From Bacillota bacterium (GTDB lineage: Bacteria; Bacillota; UBA4882; UBA8346), in the NCBI GenBank assembly GCA_035359995.1, contig DAORZT010000006.1:1-64000 (forward strand): DNA of 64,000 bases. The letters are read 5' to 3'. Under the pieces are notes generated by a model. That model had not been told where the DNA came from. It was given only the letters and a program-made list of their open reading frames with translations, and made no database searches. The stretch's first letter is position 1. Each line of letters starts with the position of its first letter. The translations under genes were made by a program, and so were the position numbers. Shown piece by piece: positions 18,876 to 28,740 of the stretch.

Positions 18876-19569
18876 ATTACTTAAATATACCCCTGATCCT
18901 GATCGACTGGTAGCAGCGGCAGCCAGGTTGTGCTATTCACCGGTTGGAATAGACCAAATATTAGAACAGATCAGTCTGGAGAAGGTTCAGCAATTATTGA
19001 ATCTGATTAAAGAAAGCGGGCACGAATCGCCGATTGAACACGTGAGTTTTTCGTTTGGAGTTGAAGGTATTAGTCGGGCTTTGTCACATCAATTGGTAAG
19101 ACACCGAATTGCATCTTTTTCGCAACAATCACAGCGTTACGTTAAACTGGAAAATTTTGATGTTGTAATTCCTCCAAGCATTCAAAATAAGCCAGAAGTG
19201 GCAAATAAGTTTGCTGAAGCGCTCGATAAAATAGGCAATATTTATCAAGAGATGCTCAAAGCGGGAATACCTCCGGAAGATGCCAGATTTATTCTGCCTA
19301 ATGCTTGTGAAACTAAAATCATAATAACAATGAATGCCCGTAGTTTATTGCATTTTTTTGAAATACGGACTTGTGCTAGAGCACAATGGGAGATTAGAAG
19401 ATTGGCCTTGGAAATGAGGAAACAAGTTAAAGAAATCGCTCCCTTGATATTTGCATTATCCGGTCCGACTTGTGAGACATTAGGGTATTGCCGTGAAGGA
19501 AAGATGAGTTGCGGTAGGGCCCCATCATTAGCGGATTTAATGCGTAATTACCAAAAGTCGTCGAATTAA
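18862..19569 (+). CDS. thyX: Flavin-dependent thymidylate synthase
   Basis: ThyX motif RHRIASFSQQSQRY (RHRxxSxxxxSxR). The start is probably ATG at 18862 (the ORF-track start is 18838). Confidence 0.85.
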   Translation: MLKVKLLKYTPDPDRLVAAAARLCYSPVGIDQILEQISLEKVQQLLNLIKESGHESPIEHVSFSFGVEGISRALSHQLVRHRIASFSQQSQRYVKLENFDVVIPPSIQNKPEVANKFAEALDKIGNIYQEMLKAGIPPEDARFILPNACETKIIITMNARSLLHFFEIRTCARAQWEIRRLALEMRKQVKEIAPLIFALSGPTCETLGYCREGKMSCGRAPSLADLMRNYQKSSN

Positions 19570-19597
19570 AGTCATTGATTAAAACAGGAGTACATAT

Positions 19598-20338
19598 ATG
19601 TCTGAACAAATTGAAGGAAGAAATCCCGTTTTAGAAGCTTTAAGAGCCAATCATGAGATCAATAAAATCTATTTACTAAAAGGTGAATCAGGAAGAATAA
19701 TCCAGGAGATTATTGACTTGGCTTCACAAAAAAATATTCCGGTTAGCAAGGTTGATAACGTTGTCCTTAACCGGATGGCAACTACCAGAAATCACCAAGG
19801 AATTATTGCGATTGCTGCTGGTTGGAAATATGCAACTGTGAATGAAATATTGGAAAGAGCTGCCCAAAAAGGAGAACCGCCGTTTATTCTTTTATTGGAT
19901 GGGGTGGAAGACCCTCAAAATTTAGGTTCAATTATCCGAACTGCGGAAGCAGCTGGCGTTGATGGAATAATAATACCCGAAAGACGGGCGGCCGGGTTAA
20001 GTGCAGCAGTCAGCCGGGCTTCGGCAGGAGCGGTTGAATTTATTCCTGTAGCAAGGGTTACCAACTTGAATCGGACTATTGAGGAATTAAAAAATAAAGG
20101 TATTTGGTTTACAGGTGCTGATATGCAAGGGAAGATTGAATACCATCAAGCTGATTTAAGGGGGCCGATGGGTTTGGTAATTGGCGGTGAAGGTCGAGGA
20201 TTATCCAGACTGGTGGCTGAACATTGTGATCAAATCGTTAGACTGCCAATGTGGGGCAGAATCAATTCCTTGAATGTATCAGTAGCGACAGGGATCTTAT
20301 TGTATGAAATCAGGCGTCAACGAAATATACATAAATAG
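19598..20338 (+). CDS. rlmB: 23S rRNA (guanosine-2'-O)-methyltransferase RlmB (SpoU/TrmH family)
   Basis: L30e-like N-terminal domain plus a SPOUT domain (LLLDGVEDPQNLGSIIRTAEAAG ... GGEGRGL). Confidence 0.85.
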   Translation: MSEQIEGRNPVLEALRANHEINKIYLLKGESGRIIQEIIDLASQKNIPVSKVDNVVLNRMATTRNHQGIIAIAAGWKYATVNEILERAAQKGEPPFILLLDGVEDPQNLGSIIRTAEAAGVDGIIIPERRAAGLSAAVSRASAGAVEFIPVARVTNLNRTIEELKNKGIWFTGADMQGKIEYHQADLRGPMGLVIGGEGRGLSRLVAEHCDQIVRLPMWGRINSLNVSVATGILLYEIRRQRNIHK

Positions 20339-20349
20339 TGTTTATAATA

Positions 20350-22002
20350 ATGATGAGAAAGAAATTAAAGTTCAAGCCTTTGACATTAATTCTGTTAATA
20401 ATTGGGTTGTACTTGATTGGCTCATTATCCTTGGAGCGAATTCAAGTAGCAGATACAATCAATCTGGAGTTAAATGGTGATGAGAAAGTTTTATGTTTTC
20501 AAAACTATGATTTTTTAATAACTTACGCTGAAGATGCAAAACAAATTGACGTAGAGGTTTCTGCCAACATTGAAATTCTAAAGGATCGAGTTTATCAGTT
20601 TCAGTTTCTTTTAGCAAGTTTTTATCAAATTAAAATTCATTCGTTAACCATTGATGATCAAACAGTTGATTACCAATATTTCAATGATCTTTATCAAATC
20701 CAACTACCATTTTCATGCTTCAAAGGTAAAAAATTAGCCCTCAAAATGAAATACTCCATCACCCGATTACTTGCCAGTAATTATGTAAAAGCAGAATTAC
20801 GGGGTAATTGGTATCCTAAAAATATTCTTCCGGAGATGACCAAAGCGAATTTTAAGCTAATTGTTCCAAAAGGGACGATGGGGATTGCCAATGGAAAATT
20901 AACTGAAGTGACAGAGCTTTCGTCGAACCAATCAGTCTTTCGATGGGAGATGAATAATACTGCGACTTCATTGGGAGTATCGCTTGGGCAATATTCTGCT
21001 TCTTCAAAGATGGTAGCGGATCAGTTCTTTCATATCTATAGTATTCCGGCATATGATTCCAACCATCGCAAAAAAATACTGAATCAGGCAATAGAAATTA
21101 GTTCAGTCTATCGACAGTATTTTGGTGGTAAAAAGTTTGAAGGAATGTCGATTGTGATCAATGATACGCAGGGAGAAGAAGCAGCCTTTGGTTCGTTGAT
21201 CTTTTTACATCACAATAATATTAAAAATGAAGAAAGCAATTTTTTTAATTTAGCTCATGAAATATCCCATTATTGGTGGGGGAATTTAATTATGCCGAAG
21301 ACGATCTATGATTGGTGGATCGTTGAAGGGTTTGCAAACTATTCCGCATTTTTAGTCACTGAAATCTTAGCTGAAAGTCCGGATTTGGGGAGAATACCGG
21401 AGCCGCAGAAGATTCTAACCAATTGGCGTGAACAATACTTTGATTCTGTTTATAACTTAAATCAATACCAGGTTCCGGAGTTATCGCTGGCAGAAATTTC
21501 TCCATTAGATAGCCAAAGAAATTTATTATATAATAAAGGTGCCTATGTGTTACATATGTTAAGGAAGATGATTGGGGATGAATCATTCAATCAGTATTTA
21601 AAAGAAATTATTTCGGAGTATTCATTAAAATATCTTGGTGTCAGGGATTTCACCAGGATTGGAGTTGCTAATTATGGTGCTGAATTAATGGATTTTTTCC
21701 GGCAGTGGGTTTATTCTACAGGCTACTACAATTTAGCGATCAATAAAATTGATATTACCGAAATTGATGACGAATTTATAATTGAGATTAAAATTATAAA
21801 TAATGGCCAATTAAGTATGCCTGATTTTATTGAGTTGGAGATAATTACCAATGAAATGATTTACCCAGAGATATTGCATTTTAACGGTGTAAATGTTACA
21901 ATTCAAAAAACATTAAAACATCGGCCTGAAGGAGTTAAAATCAATTCCCAAAATAATATTTTAGAAATTTTTATTGATGATAATTATATTATAATTAACT
22001 GA
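20350..22002 (+). CDS. Membrane-anchored M1-family zinc metallopeptidase (gluzincin)
   Basis: HEISHYWWGN...WIVEGFANY (HExxH-x18-E) plus an N-terminal TM anchor. The start is uncertain: GTG 20338, ATG 20350 or 20353. Confidence 0.7.
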   Translation: MMRKKLKFKPLTLILLIIGLYLIGSLSLERIQVADTINLELNGDEKVLCFQNYDFLITYAEDAKQIDVEVSANIEILKDRVYQFQFLLASFYQIKIHSLTIDDQTVDYQYFNDLYQIQLPFSCFKGKKLALKMKYSITRLLASNYVKAELRGNWYPKNILPEMTKANFKLIVPKGTMGIANGKLTEVTELSSNQSVFRWEMNNTATSLGVSLGQYSASSKMVADQFFHIYSIPAYDSNHRKKILNQAIEISSVYRQYFGGKKFEGMSIVINDTQGEEAAFGSLIFLHHNNIKNEESNFFNLAHEISHYWWGNLIMPKTIYDWWIVEGFANYSAFLVTEILAESPDLGRIPEPQKILTNWREQYFDSVYNLNQYQVPELSLAEISPLDSQRNLLYNKGAYVLHMLRKMIGDESFNQYLKEIISEYSLKYLGVRDFTRIGVANYGAELMDFFRQWVYSTGYYNLAINKIDITEIDDEFIIEIKIINNGQLSMPDFIELEIITNEMIYPEILHFNGVNVTIQKTLKHRPEGVKINSQNNILEIFIDDNYIIIN

Positions 22003-22071
22003 TTTGTCTTTAATAGCAGTATTATTAGCTGATTTTGTATATTATCTTTTTTATCGCTGCTAATACCTTGC

Positions 22072-22107
22072 TTGACGTTTAAATAACAACTATTGTATAA
22101 TATTTTT
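22072..22107 (+). promoter_or_regulatory. Sigma-A-type promoter TTGACG-N18-TATAAT upstream of sigH
   Basis: cttgcttgacgtttaaataacaactattgtataatat. Confidence 0.5.
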
Positions 22108-22282
22108 AATTGCAAATTATATTTATCAAAAATAACAAGTTGTTGGGTTTTGATCCGATTATTATTTTTACTGTTTCATTATAATGTTATTCTTTTGTTA
22201 ACCCGATTAATAAAGAGAGATAAGTTTCATGGGTGTTAAATTTTACATTGTTAGTATCACGAAAAACAACCGGAGGCGATAA

Positions 22283-22937
22283 CGTGGGAGCAAAACCCCA
22301 AAGAGAAGTCAGCGAAATCTATGATGATATGCTGGATGAAACAATTGTTGAAGCCGCCCGCCAAGGTGATGATTCTGCCCAGGAGTTTTTGATTAATAAA
22401 TACAAAAATTTTGTTAGGGCAAAAGCAAGATCCTATTTTTTAATTGGTGCTGATCGTGAAGACATAATCCAAGAAGGAATGATTGGCTTATACAAAGCAA
22501 TTCGTGATTTTCGCAATGATAAGCTTGCTTCATTCAGGGTATTTGCGGAACTTTGTATAACCCGGCAAATTATTACTGCAATTAAAACAGCAACCAGGCA
22601 AAAACACATCCCATTAAATTCATATATTTCCCTAAATAAGCCAATTTACGATGAGGAGTCAGACCGAACATTGCTAGATGTCCTTTCTGGCACTAAGGTT
22701 ACTGATCCTGAGGAATTGGTTATTAGCAGAGAGGAATTTGTTGATATTGAAAATAAAATGGGAGAGTTTTTGAGTGATTTAGAATGGAAAGTTTTAATGT
22801 CATATCTTGATGGTCGATCTTACCAGGAGATTGCCAAAGAATTGCGACGGCATGTTAAATCGATTGACAATGCTTTGCAACGTGTAAAAAGAAAATTGGA
22901 ACGTTATTTGGAAAAAAGAGAAGAGAGTTGTATTTGA
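22283..22937 (+). CDS. sigH: RNA polymerase sigma factor SigH (Spo0H)
   Basis: Sigma-70 regions 2 and 4 closely resemble B. subtilis SigH (DIIQEGMIGLYKAIRDF...). The conserved position after rlmB supports the call. Probable GTG start with a GGAGG RBS. Confidence 0.85.
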
Positions 22938-22939
22938 TT

Positions 22940-22972
22940 AAAAACGCCTATATGTGGGCGTTTTTTTATAGT
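22940..22972 (+). terminator. Intrinsic terminator after sigH
   Basis: aaaaacgcctatatgtgggcgttttttt. Confidence 0.75.
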
Positions 22973-23016
22973 GAAAGTCGGCGGTGAATGTGGTAAAAAA
23001 AGGATTAAAAATATAG

Positions 23017-23045
23017 TTGACACTAATAAGAGTTTAGTATATAAT
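23017..23045 (+). promoter_or_regulatory. Consensus sigma-A promoter TTGACA-N17-TATAAT for the tRNA cluster (and probably tuf)
   Basis: ttgaca at 23017-23022 and tataat at 23040-23045. A perfect consensus. Confidence 0.75.
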
Positions 23046-23110
23046 CATATTTGCGTCCGGTTCACGGAACAAAATTTCATTAAATAATTTTTTAATGAAA
23101 TTCATACAAT

Positions 23111-23195
<85 letters not shown>

Positions 23196-23213
23196 TAATT
23201 TAATTTGGTATAT

Positions 23214-23289
23214 CGCGGGGTGGAGCAGCTGGCAGCTCGTCGGGCTCATAACCCGGAGGCCGAAGGTTCAAATCCTTCCCCCGCAACCA
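23214..23289 (+). tRNA. Initiator tRNA-fMet (CAU)
   Basis: C1:A72 mismatch, three G-C pairs in the anticodon stem (GGG/CCC), anticodon loop cTCATAa, encoded CCA. Confidence 0.9.
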
Positions 23290-23291
23290 AT

Positions 23292-23367
23292 GCCCACATA
23301 GCTCAGTAGGTAGAGCGCATCCATGGTAAGGATGAGGTCACCAGTTCAATTCTGGTTGTGGGCTCCA
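23292..23367 (+). tRNA. tRNA-Thr (GGU)
   Basis: Cloverleaf with anticodon loop aTGGTAa and acceptor stem GCCCACA/TGTGGGC. Confidence 0.85.
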
Positions 23368-23380
23368 CTAACAAATAAGA

Positions 23381-23405
23381 AACCCGTAAGGGTTTATTTT
23401 TTTAT
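23381..23405 (+). terminator. Hairpin plus U-tract after the tRNA cluster (partial terminator/processing site)
   Basis: aaacccgtaagggttt followed by attttttt. Confidence 0.55.
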
Positions 23406-23525
23406 AATTTTTAATAGGTCATTATGCTGGTTTATTTTGATAATATAATTTTACTGGTTGCAATAGGAGGAATATTACAATAACTGTAGAATTAAATGTT
23501 TATTTGTGAATAATAATAGCTTTGA

Positions 23526-24755
23526 GATTTAAAGGAGGAAAAGAATAAATGGCAAAGCAAAAGTTCGAACGAACCAAACCGCACGTAAATATTGGAACAA
23601 TTGGTCACGTAGACCATGGAAAAACAACATCAACAGCAGCGATTACAATGGTGTTATCAAAAGCCGGTCAAGCAAACTTCATCAAATTTGATGAGATTGA
23701 CAAAGCACCAGAAGAAAGAGAACGCGGAATTACCATCAATACCGCACACGTTGAATATGAAACCGAGAATCGTCACTATGCACACGTAGACTGCCCAGGG
23801 CATGCTGACTATGTAAAGAACATGATTACCGGAGCAGCCCAGATGGATGGAGCAATCTTGGTAGTATCAGCAGCAGACGGACCAATGCCACAAACCCGTG
23901 AGCACATCTTGTTAGCCCGTCAGGTAGGTGTTCCATCCATTGTAGTATGGATGAACAAAGCAGATATGGTAGATGATCCGGAATTATTAGAGCTTGTCGA
24001 GATGGAGATCAGAGATTTATTATCAGCCTATGAGTTCCCAGGGGACGAGATTCCGGTAGTAAGAGGATCAGGTTTAAAAGCAATGGAATGCGGTTGTGGT
24101 GGAAGAGAATGTCCGAACTGCGGGCCAATCTGGAAGTTGATGGATGCAGTAGATGCATATATTCCGACCCCGGAACGTGCAACCGATAAACCGTTCTTAA
24201 TGCCAGTCGAAGACGTATTTACCATTACCGGACGTGGAACAGTAGCGACCGGGAGAGTAGAAAGAGGAGTAGTAAAAGTCGGAGACGAAGTCCAAATCAT
24301 TGGCTTATCGGAAGAAGTTAAAAAGACAGTAATTACCGGAGTAGAGATGTTCCGTAAATTACTTGACCAAGCAGTAGCAGGAGATAATATTGGAGTATTA
24401 CTGCGTGGAGTAGAAAGAAAAGACATTGAACGTGGTCAAGTATTAGCGAAACCGGGTTCAATCACACCGCATACTAAATTTGAAGGCGAAGTATACGTCT
24501 TAACTAAAGAAGAAGGCGGACGTCATACCCCATTCTTCAATGGATACCGTCCACAGTTTTATTTTAGAACAACCGACGTAACCGGAGTAGCCAACTTACC
24601 AGAAGGCGTAGAGATGGTAATGCCTGGAGATAACATTAAGATGTCGATTGAATTAATTACTCCGATTGCAATGGAAGAAGGATTGCGGTTTGCGATTCGT
24701 GAAGGCGGACGTACCGTCGGTGCTGGTGTTGTTACTAAAATTATTGAATAATTAA
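23526..24755 (+). repeat. 1.23-kb direct repeat, apparently nucleotide-identical to 39166-40395 (tuf duplication)
   Basis: Line-by-line comparison shows an identical RBS, CDS and first ~4 nt after the stop. The flanks diverge immediately outside. Confidence 0.85.
23549..24751 (+). CDS. tuf: Elongation factor Tu, copy 1
   Basis: [10 protein letters not shown]1 motif, DCPGH and NKAD motifs. 400 aa. Carries the Cys4 insertion. Perfect GGAGG RBS. Confidence 0.97.
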   Translation: MAKQKFERTKPHVNIGTIGHVDHGKTTSTAAITMVLSKAGQANFIKFDEIDKAPEERERGITINTAHVEYETENRHYAHVDCPGHADYVKNMITGAAQMDGAILVVSAADGPMPQTREHILLARQVGVPSIVVWMNKADMVDDPELLELVEMEIRDLLSAYEFPGDEIPVVRGSGLKAMECGCGGRECPNCGPIWKLMDAVDAYIPTPERATDKPFLMPVEDVFTITGRGTVATGRVERGVVKVGDEVQIIGLSEEVKKTVITGVEMFRKLLDQAVAGDNIGVLLRGVERKDIERGQVLAKPGSITPHTKFEGEVYVLTKEEGGRHTPFFNGYRPQFYFRTTDVTGVANLPEGVEMVMPGDNIKMSIELITPIAMEEGLRFAIREGGRTVGAGVVTKIIE

Positions 24756-24796
24756 AAAATCTTATAATAAGATTTAGAAAAAAAGATATTAATGGG

Positions 24797-24822
24797 GGGC
24801 GAAAATTCGTTCCCCGTTTTAG
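24797..24822 (+). terminator. Terminator after tuf copy 1
   Basis: ggggggcgaaaattcgttcccc followed by gtttta. Confidence 0.5.
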
Positions 24823-24902
24823 TTGTCCGAATATTATTTGAGAGATATTGATCTGTTTGGATAATTATCAAATCATCAAAGAAAAAACCTGATTAAAAAA
24901 TC

Positions 24903-24931
24903 TTGACACCCCAAGTTAATTGTGGTAAATT
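24903..24931 (+). promoter_or_regulatory. Sigma-A promoter TTGACA-N17-(TG)-TAAATT for rpmG-secE-nusG
   Basis: ttgaca at 24903-24908, extended -10 tggtaaatt. Confidence 0.6.
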
Positions 24932-25043
24932 TTATTAGTGACTGTTGATCCATGGGGTCTTATTTTTTTAGCTTTTTTTAATATTGGAATTGATTTACTT
25001 ACATATTATAGATATATTTTTCGCTTAATAGGAGGTGGCAACA

Positions 25044-25193
25044 GTGCGTGAAGGGATTACTTTAGCCTGTTCAGAATGTAAAAACCGTAATTATCGAACC
25101 AATAAGAATAAAAAAAATAATCCGGAACGAATTGAACTTATGAAATATTGTAAGTTCTGCCGTAAGGAAACCCCCCATAAAGAGACTAAATAA
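25044..25193 (+). CDS. rpmG: 50S ribosomal protein L33 (Zn-ribbon C4 form)
   Basis: GTG start after a GGAGGTG RBS. Product [49 protein letters not shown]. Absent from the ORF track because it is under 60 aa. Confidence 0.9.
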   Translation: MREGITLACSECKNRNYRTNKNKKNNPERIELMKYCKFCRKETPHKETK

Positions 25194-25237
25194 TAAAAGT
25201 AAAGTTGGGGATAGTATTTTTGTGAGGTGAGGATGAG

Positions 25238-25456
25238 ATGCAACAGCCCGCCGTTAAGGAAGCTCCGTTTGGGGGTTTTAAGAAGTTTTTTCGAAATGTT
25301 GTTGCTGAGTTAAAAAAAGTAAATTGGCCAAGCCGTAAAGAGTTATCAACATATACGGTTGTTGTTATTGTAACGGTGTTAGTTGTTTCGTTAGTGATTT
25401 ATCTGTGGGATTGGATCTTAGCTTTTATCTTTAAAAATATGGGACTTTATCGGTAG
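25238..25456 (+). CDS. secE: Preprotein translocase subunit SecE
   Basis: ~70 aa with a single C-terminal TM. Conserved position before nusG. Confidence 0.9.
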   Translation: MQQPAVKEAPFGGFKKFFRNVVAELKKVNWPSRKELSTYTVVVIVTVLVVSLVIYLWDWILAFIFKNMGLYR

Positions 25457-25471
25457 AGAGGTAAATGTTTA

Positions 25472-25996
25472 ATGGAAAAGAATTGGTATGTAATTCATAC
25501 CTATTCAGGATATGAAAATAAAGTGAAAGCTAATCTGGAACGCCGGGTTGAATCTATGGCTATGGAAGACAAGATCTTCCGTATTTTAGTGCCAACCGAG
25601 GAAGAGTTTGAAGTTCGAGATGGCAAACGTAAAATTACTAAGAAAAAGGTGTTTCCGGGCTACGTCCTTGTCGAAATGATCTTGACAGATGATTCTTGGT
25701 ATGTTGTTAGGAATACGCCTGGGGTTACCGGCTTTGTTGGTTCTGGATCAAAGCCAATACCCTTGCAAGAGAAAGAGATCAAAATGATCCTGCATCAAAT
25801 GGGATTTGAAGAACCTAAAGTCAAAATGGACTTTGAAGTTGGTGAAACGATTAAGGTAATTCGGGGACCATTTGAAAATTTCTCTGGTATAATTGAGGAT
25901 ATAAGTCCTGAAAAAGGGAAAATAAAAGTTATGGTTTCAATGTTTGGGCGGGAAACGCCTGTTGAATTAGATTATCATCAGGTTGAAAAGATTTAA
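25472..25996 (+). CDS. nusG: Transcription termination/antitermination factor NusG
   Basis: NGN domain (WYVIHTYSGYENKV) plus a KOW motif. Confidence 0.95.
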   Translation: MEKNWYVIHTYSGYENKVKANLERRVESMAMEDKIFRILVPTEEEFEVRDGKRKITKKKVFPGYVLVEMILTDDSWYVVRNTPGVTGFVGSGSKPIPLQEKEIKMILHQMGFEEPKVKMDFEVGETIKVIRGPFENFSGIIEDISPEKGKIKVMVSMFGRETPVELDYHQVEKI

Positions 25997-26091
25997 TTTT
26001 TATTAAACTATATTTATTAAATGATTTCAAGGTGTAAGTGGGAGGGTTAAACCCGTTAATACCACATATTATGATGAGGAGGTGAAGGGCA

Positions 26092-26517
26092 ATGGCTAAA
26101 AAGGTTACGGGAATGATTAAATTGCAAGTTCCTGCAGGAAAAGCAAATCCGGCACCACCCGTAGGCCCTGCCCTGGGACAACACGGTGTAAATATTATGG
26201 AGTTTTGTAAGTCATTCAATGAACGGACTGCGAATCAAGCCGGAATGATTATACCAGTAGTAATTACTGTGTATGAGGACCGATCATTTACGTTCATTTG
26301 TAAGACTCCGCCAGTTCCAGTTTTATTGAAGAAAGCAATTAATATTGAAAAAGGTTCAGGCGTGCCGCAACGGGACAAGGTTGGTAAGATTAGCCGCGCA
26401 AAAGTTCGTGAGATTGCCGAATTAAAAATGGCTGATCTCAATGCAGCGAGTATTGAAGCTGCTATGAGTATGGTTGCAGGTACTGCTAGAAGTATGGGAA
26501 TCACTGTTGAGGACTGA
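26092..26517 (+). CDS. rplK: 50S ribosomal protein L11
   Basis: Diagnostic L11 sequence ([21 protein letters not shown]). Confidence 0.97.
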   Translation: MAKKVTGMIKLQVPAGKANPAPPVGPALGQHGVNIMEFCKSFNERTANQAGMIIPVVITVYEDRSFTFICKTPPVPVLLKKAINIEKGSGVPQRDKVGKISRAKVREIAELKMADLNAASIEAAMSMVAGTARSMGITVED

Positions 26518-26607
26518 GTTGATTTCTAATTAAGAAAAAACCATCTTTGTGATTGGTAATTGGTGGGAGGATTTTAGATCCGTTAAAACCACAAAGGAGG
26601 AATTGAA

Positions 26608-27306
26608 ATGCCGAAGCATGGTAAGAAATATAATGAAGCAATCAAAATGGTCGAAAAGTCAAAGCTTTATGAACCAGCAGAAGCGATTAATGTTCTAAAA
26701 GAAATGCCTAAAGCGAAGTTTGATGAGACCGTTGAGTTGGCAATTAAACTTGGTGTTGACCCACGGCATGCTGATCAACAGATTCGTGGTGCGGTTGTAC
26801 TACCGCATGGGACTGGAAGAGTTTTGAAAGTTGCCGTCTTTGCAAAAGGTGAAAAAGCAAAAGAAGCCGAAGAAGCTGGTGCTGATAAAGTCGGAGCTGA
26901 TGACCTGATTGCAGAAATTCAAAACGGTACGATTGATTTTGATGTTGCAGTTGCTACCCCTGACATGATGGGTAATGTTGGTAAGTTGGGTAAAATCTTG
27001 GGCCCAAAAGGCTTAATGCCTAACCCGAAGACAGGGACTGTAACAATGGATGTAGCAAAAGCAATTAAAGACATTAAAGCAGGTAAAGTTGAATATCGTG
27101 TTGATAAAACCGGTATTGTCCATGTTCCCATTGGAAAAGCATCGTTTGATGCCAAGAAATTATTGGACAATTTTCATACTTTGATGGAAGTCATTATGAA
27201 AGCTAAACCGGCTACTGCAAAAGGGACTTATATTAAGAGTGTAGTAGTTTCTACCACTATGGGACCTGGGATTAAAATTGCGCCTCATAGTGTAATGAAC
27301 CATTGA
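26608..27306 (+). CDS. rplA: 50S ribosomal protein L1
   Basis: L1 family sequence. Gene order rplK-rplA. Confidence 0.97.
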   Translation: MPKHGKKYNEAIKMVEKSKLYEPAEAINVLKEMPKAKFDETVELAIKLGVDPRHADQQIRGAVVLPHGTGRVLKVAVFAKGEKAKEAEEAGADKVGADDLIAEIQNGTIDFDVAVATPDMMGNVGKLGKILGPKGLMPNPKTGTVTMDVAKAIKDIKAGKVEYRVDKTGIVHVPIGKASFDAKKLLDNFHTLMEVIMKAKPATAKGTYIKSVVVSTTMGPGIKIAPHSVMNH

Positions 27307-27334
27307 TAATTTATCAGTCAATAAAAATTAAATA

Positions 27335-27480
27335 ATATTAGATTCTGCCATAGACAGTAGGTCTCGTTAATGTATGAGTTAATGGTTTAACCGCCTACCG
27401 AGGCTGGAAGTGATTGATTTATGGTTTATGATCAGACCTCCAGTTTTGCTATGGGGGTCTATTTATTTTAAATTATTACT
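27335..27480 (+). ncRNA. Ribosomal protein L10 leader (rplJ autoregulatory leader, Firmicutes type)
   Basis: A structured ~150-nt leader with long-range complementary segments (ctgccatagacagtaggtctcg ... gatcagacctccagttttgctatggggg) lies directly upstream of rplJ. This is the known location of the L10(L12)4 binding leader. Confidence 0.5.
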
Positions 27481-27496
27481 TAAGGAGGTGTGAAGC

Positions 27497-28018
27497 TTGG
27501 CCCGTCCTGAAAAAGAGGCGTTAGTAAAAGAGATTCAAGAAAAATTCGAAAAATCTAAGTCTGTGATTTTAGTAGATTATCGGGGCTTAAATGTTGCAGA
27601 AGTTACCGAATTAAGAAAAAAAATGCGTGAAGCTGGGACTGAATATAAAGTATTAAAAAATACGATGACCAGTCGGGCTGCTAAAGCGGCCAACATTGAA
27701 GGATTGGACGATTTACTTGTAGGTCCAATAGCTCTGGCGTTTAGCTACGATGATCATACGAGTGCAGCTAAGGTTTTATCTGCATTTGCAAAAGACAACA
27801 AGAAAATGCAATTAATCGGTGGAGTTCTTGATGGAAAAATTATTGATGCAGCCGGAGTAAAAGCTTTATCAGAATTGCCATCGAGAGAAGTCTTGCTTGG
27901 AAAAATTGCAGGTATGTTGCAAGCACCAATGCGTGGTATGGCTACTGTTCTTTCAGGTCCGCTTCGTAATTTTGTTTATGCAATTGAAGCGGTTCGTAAA
28001 CAACAAGCAGTCGAATGA
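27497..28018 (+). CDS. rplJ: 50S ribosomal protein L10
   Basis: TTG start after AAGGAGGTG. L10 family. Confidence 0.95.
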   Translation: MARPEKEALVKEIQEKFEKSKSVILVDYRGLNVAEVTELRKKMREAGTEYKVLKNTMTSRAAKAANIEGLDDLLVGPIALAFSYDDHTSAAKVLSAFAKDNKKMQLIGGVLDGKIIDAAGVKALSELPSREVLLGKIAGMLQAPMRGMATVLSGPLRNFVYAIEAVRKQQAVE

Positions 28019-28061
28019 TGAAAAAATTCTAAATTGTATAATATTAAGGAGGTTTTTTTAA

Positions 28062-28442
28062 ATGTCTAAAATTAATGAAGTATTAGAAATCGTTAAAGGG
28101 ATGACTGTATTAGAATTAAATGAATTGGTAAAAGCATTCGAAGAGGAATTTGGCGTATCGGCTGCTGCTCCAGTAGCTGTTGCTGCTGGCCCAGTTGCTG
28201 CTGCTCCTGCTGCTGATGCTGCTGCTGAAAAAACCGAATTTGATGTAATCCTTGCTAACGCAGGTGCTCAAAAAATCCAAGTTATTAAAGTTGTACGCGA
28301 AGCAACCGGCTTAGGATTAAAAGAAGCAAAAGACATTGTTGATGGAGCACCAAAACCAGTTAAAGAAGGAATTTCAAAAGCTGATGCTGAAGCACTAAAA
28401 GCTAAATTAGAAGAGGCTGGAGCAACAGTAGAAATTAAGTAA
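28062..28442 (+). CDS. rplL: 50S ribosomal protein L7/L12
   Basis: Ala/Pro-rich hinge and a conserved C-terminal domain. Confidence 0.97.
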   Translation: MSKINEVLEIVKGMTVLELNELVKAFEEEFGVSAAAPVAVAAGPVAAAPAADAAAEKTEFDVILANAGAQKIQVIKVVREATGLGLKEAKDIVDGAPKPVKEGISKADAEALKAKLEEAGATVEIK

Positions 28443-28503
28443 TTGATGAATGAATGTTTTAAGAGAGGTTATAATAAAATAATGACCTCTCTTAAAAAAT
28501 TTC

Positions 28504-28540
28504 TTGACATAATAGCTTCAATATGCTATTATCATATAAT
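28504..28540 (+). promoter_or_regulatory. Sigma-A promoter TTGACA-N17-TATTAT upstream of a ~200-nt rpoB leader
   Basis: ttgaca at 28504-28509 and tattat at 28527-28532. Preceded by hairpin 28459-28498. Confidence 0.6.
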
Positions 28541-28740
28541 GCGACTGGAAGGCATTGAATGCTAGGTTGATTAATCAAAGAAATGTGGGCTGAGTATTTC
28601 TGAATAGTTTAAATTTAAAAAGATATCCGCATTTAAATGAGCGAGGATAAAGTGAATTTCCTTGCTTTTATCTGTTTGAAAGTACAATCCTGATTTTTTA
28701 AGGATTGATACATATATAGTTGTTAAAAAATTCTGAAGAG

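Noticed and set aside
24028-24426. 132-aa minus-strand ORF inside tuf (and its twin 39668-40066)
   Set aside because: Antisense shadow ORF in a highly expressed conserved gene. Duplicated only because tuf is duplicated.
24791-24850. 19-codon ORF (MGGENSFPVLVVRILFERY) after tuf copy 1
   Set aside because: No RBS, and it overlaps the terminator hairpin.
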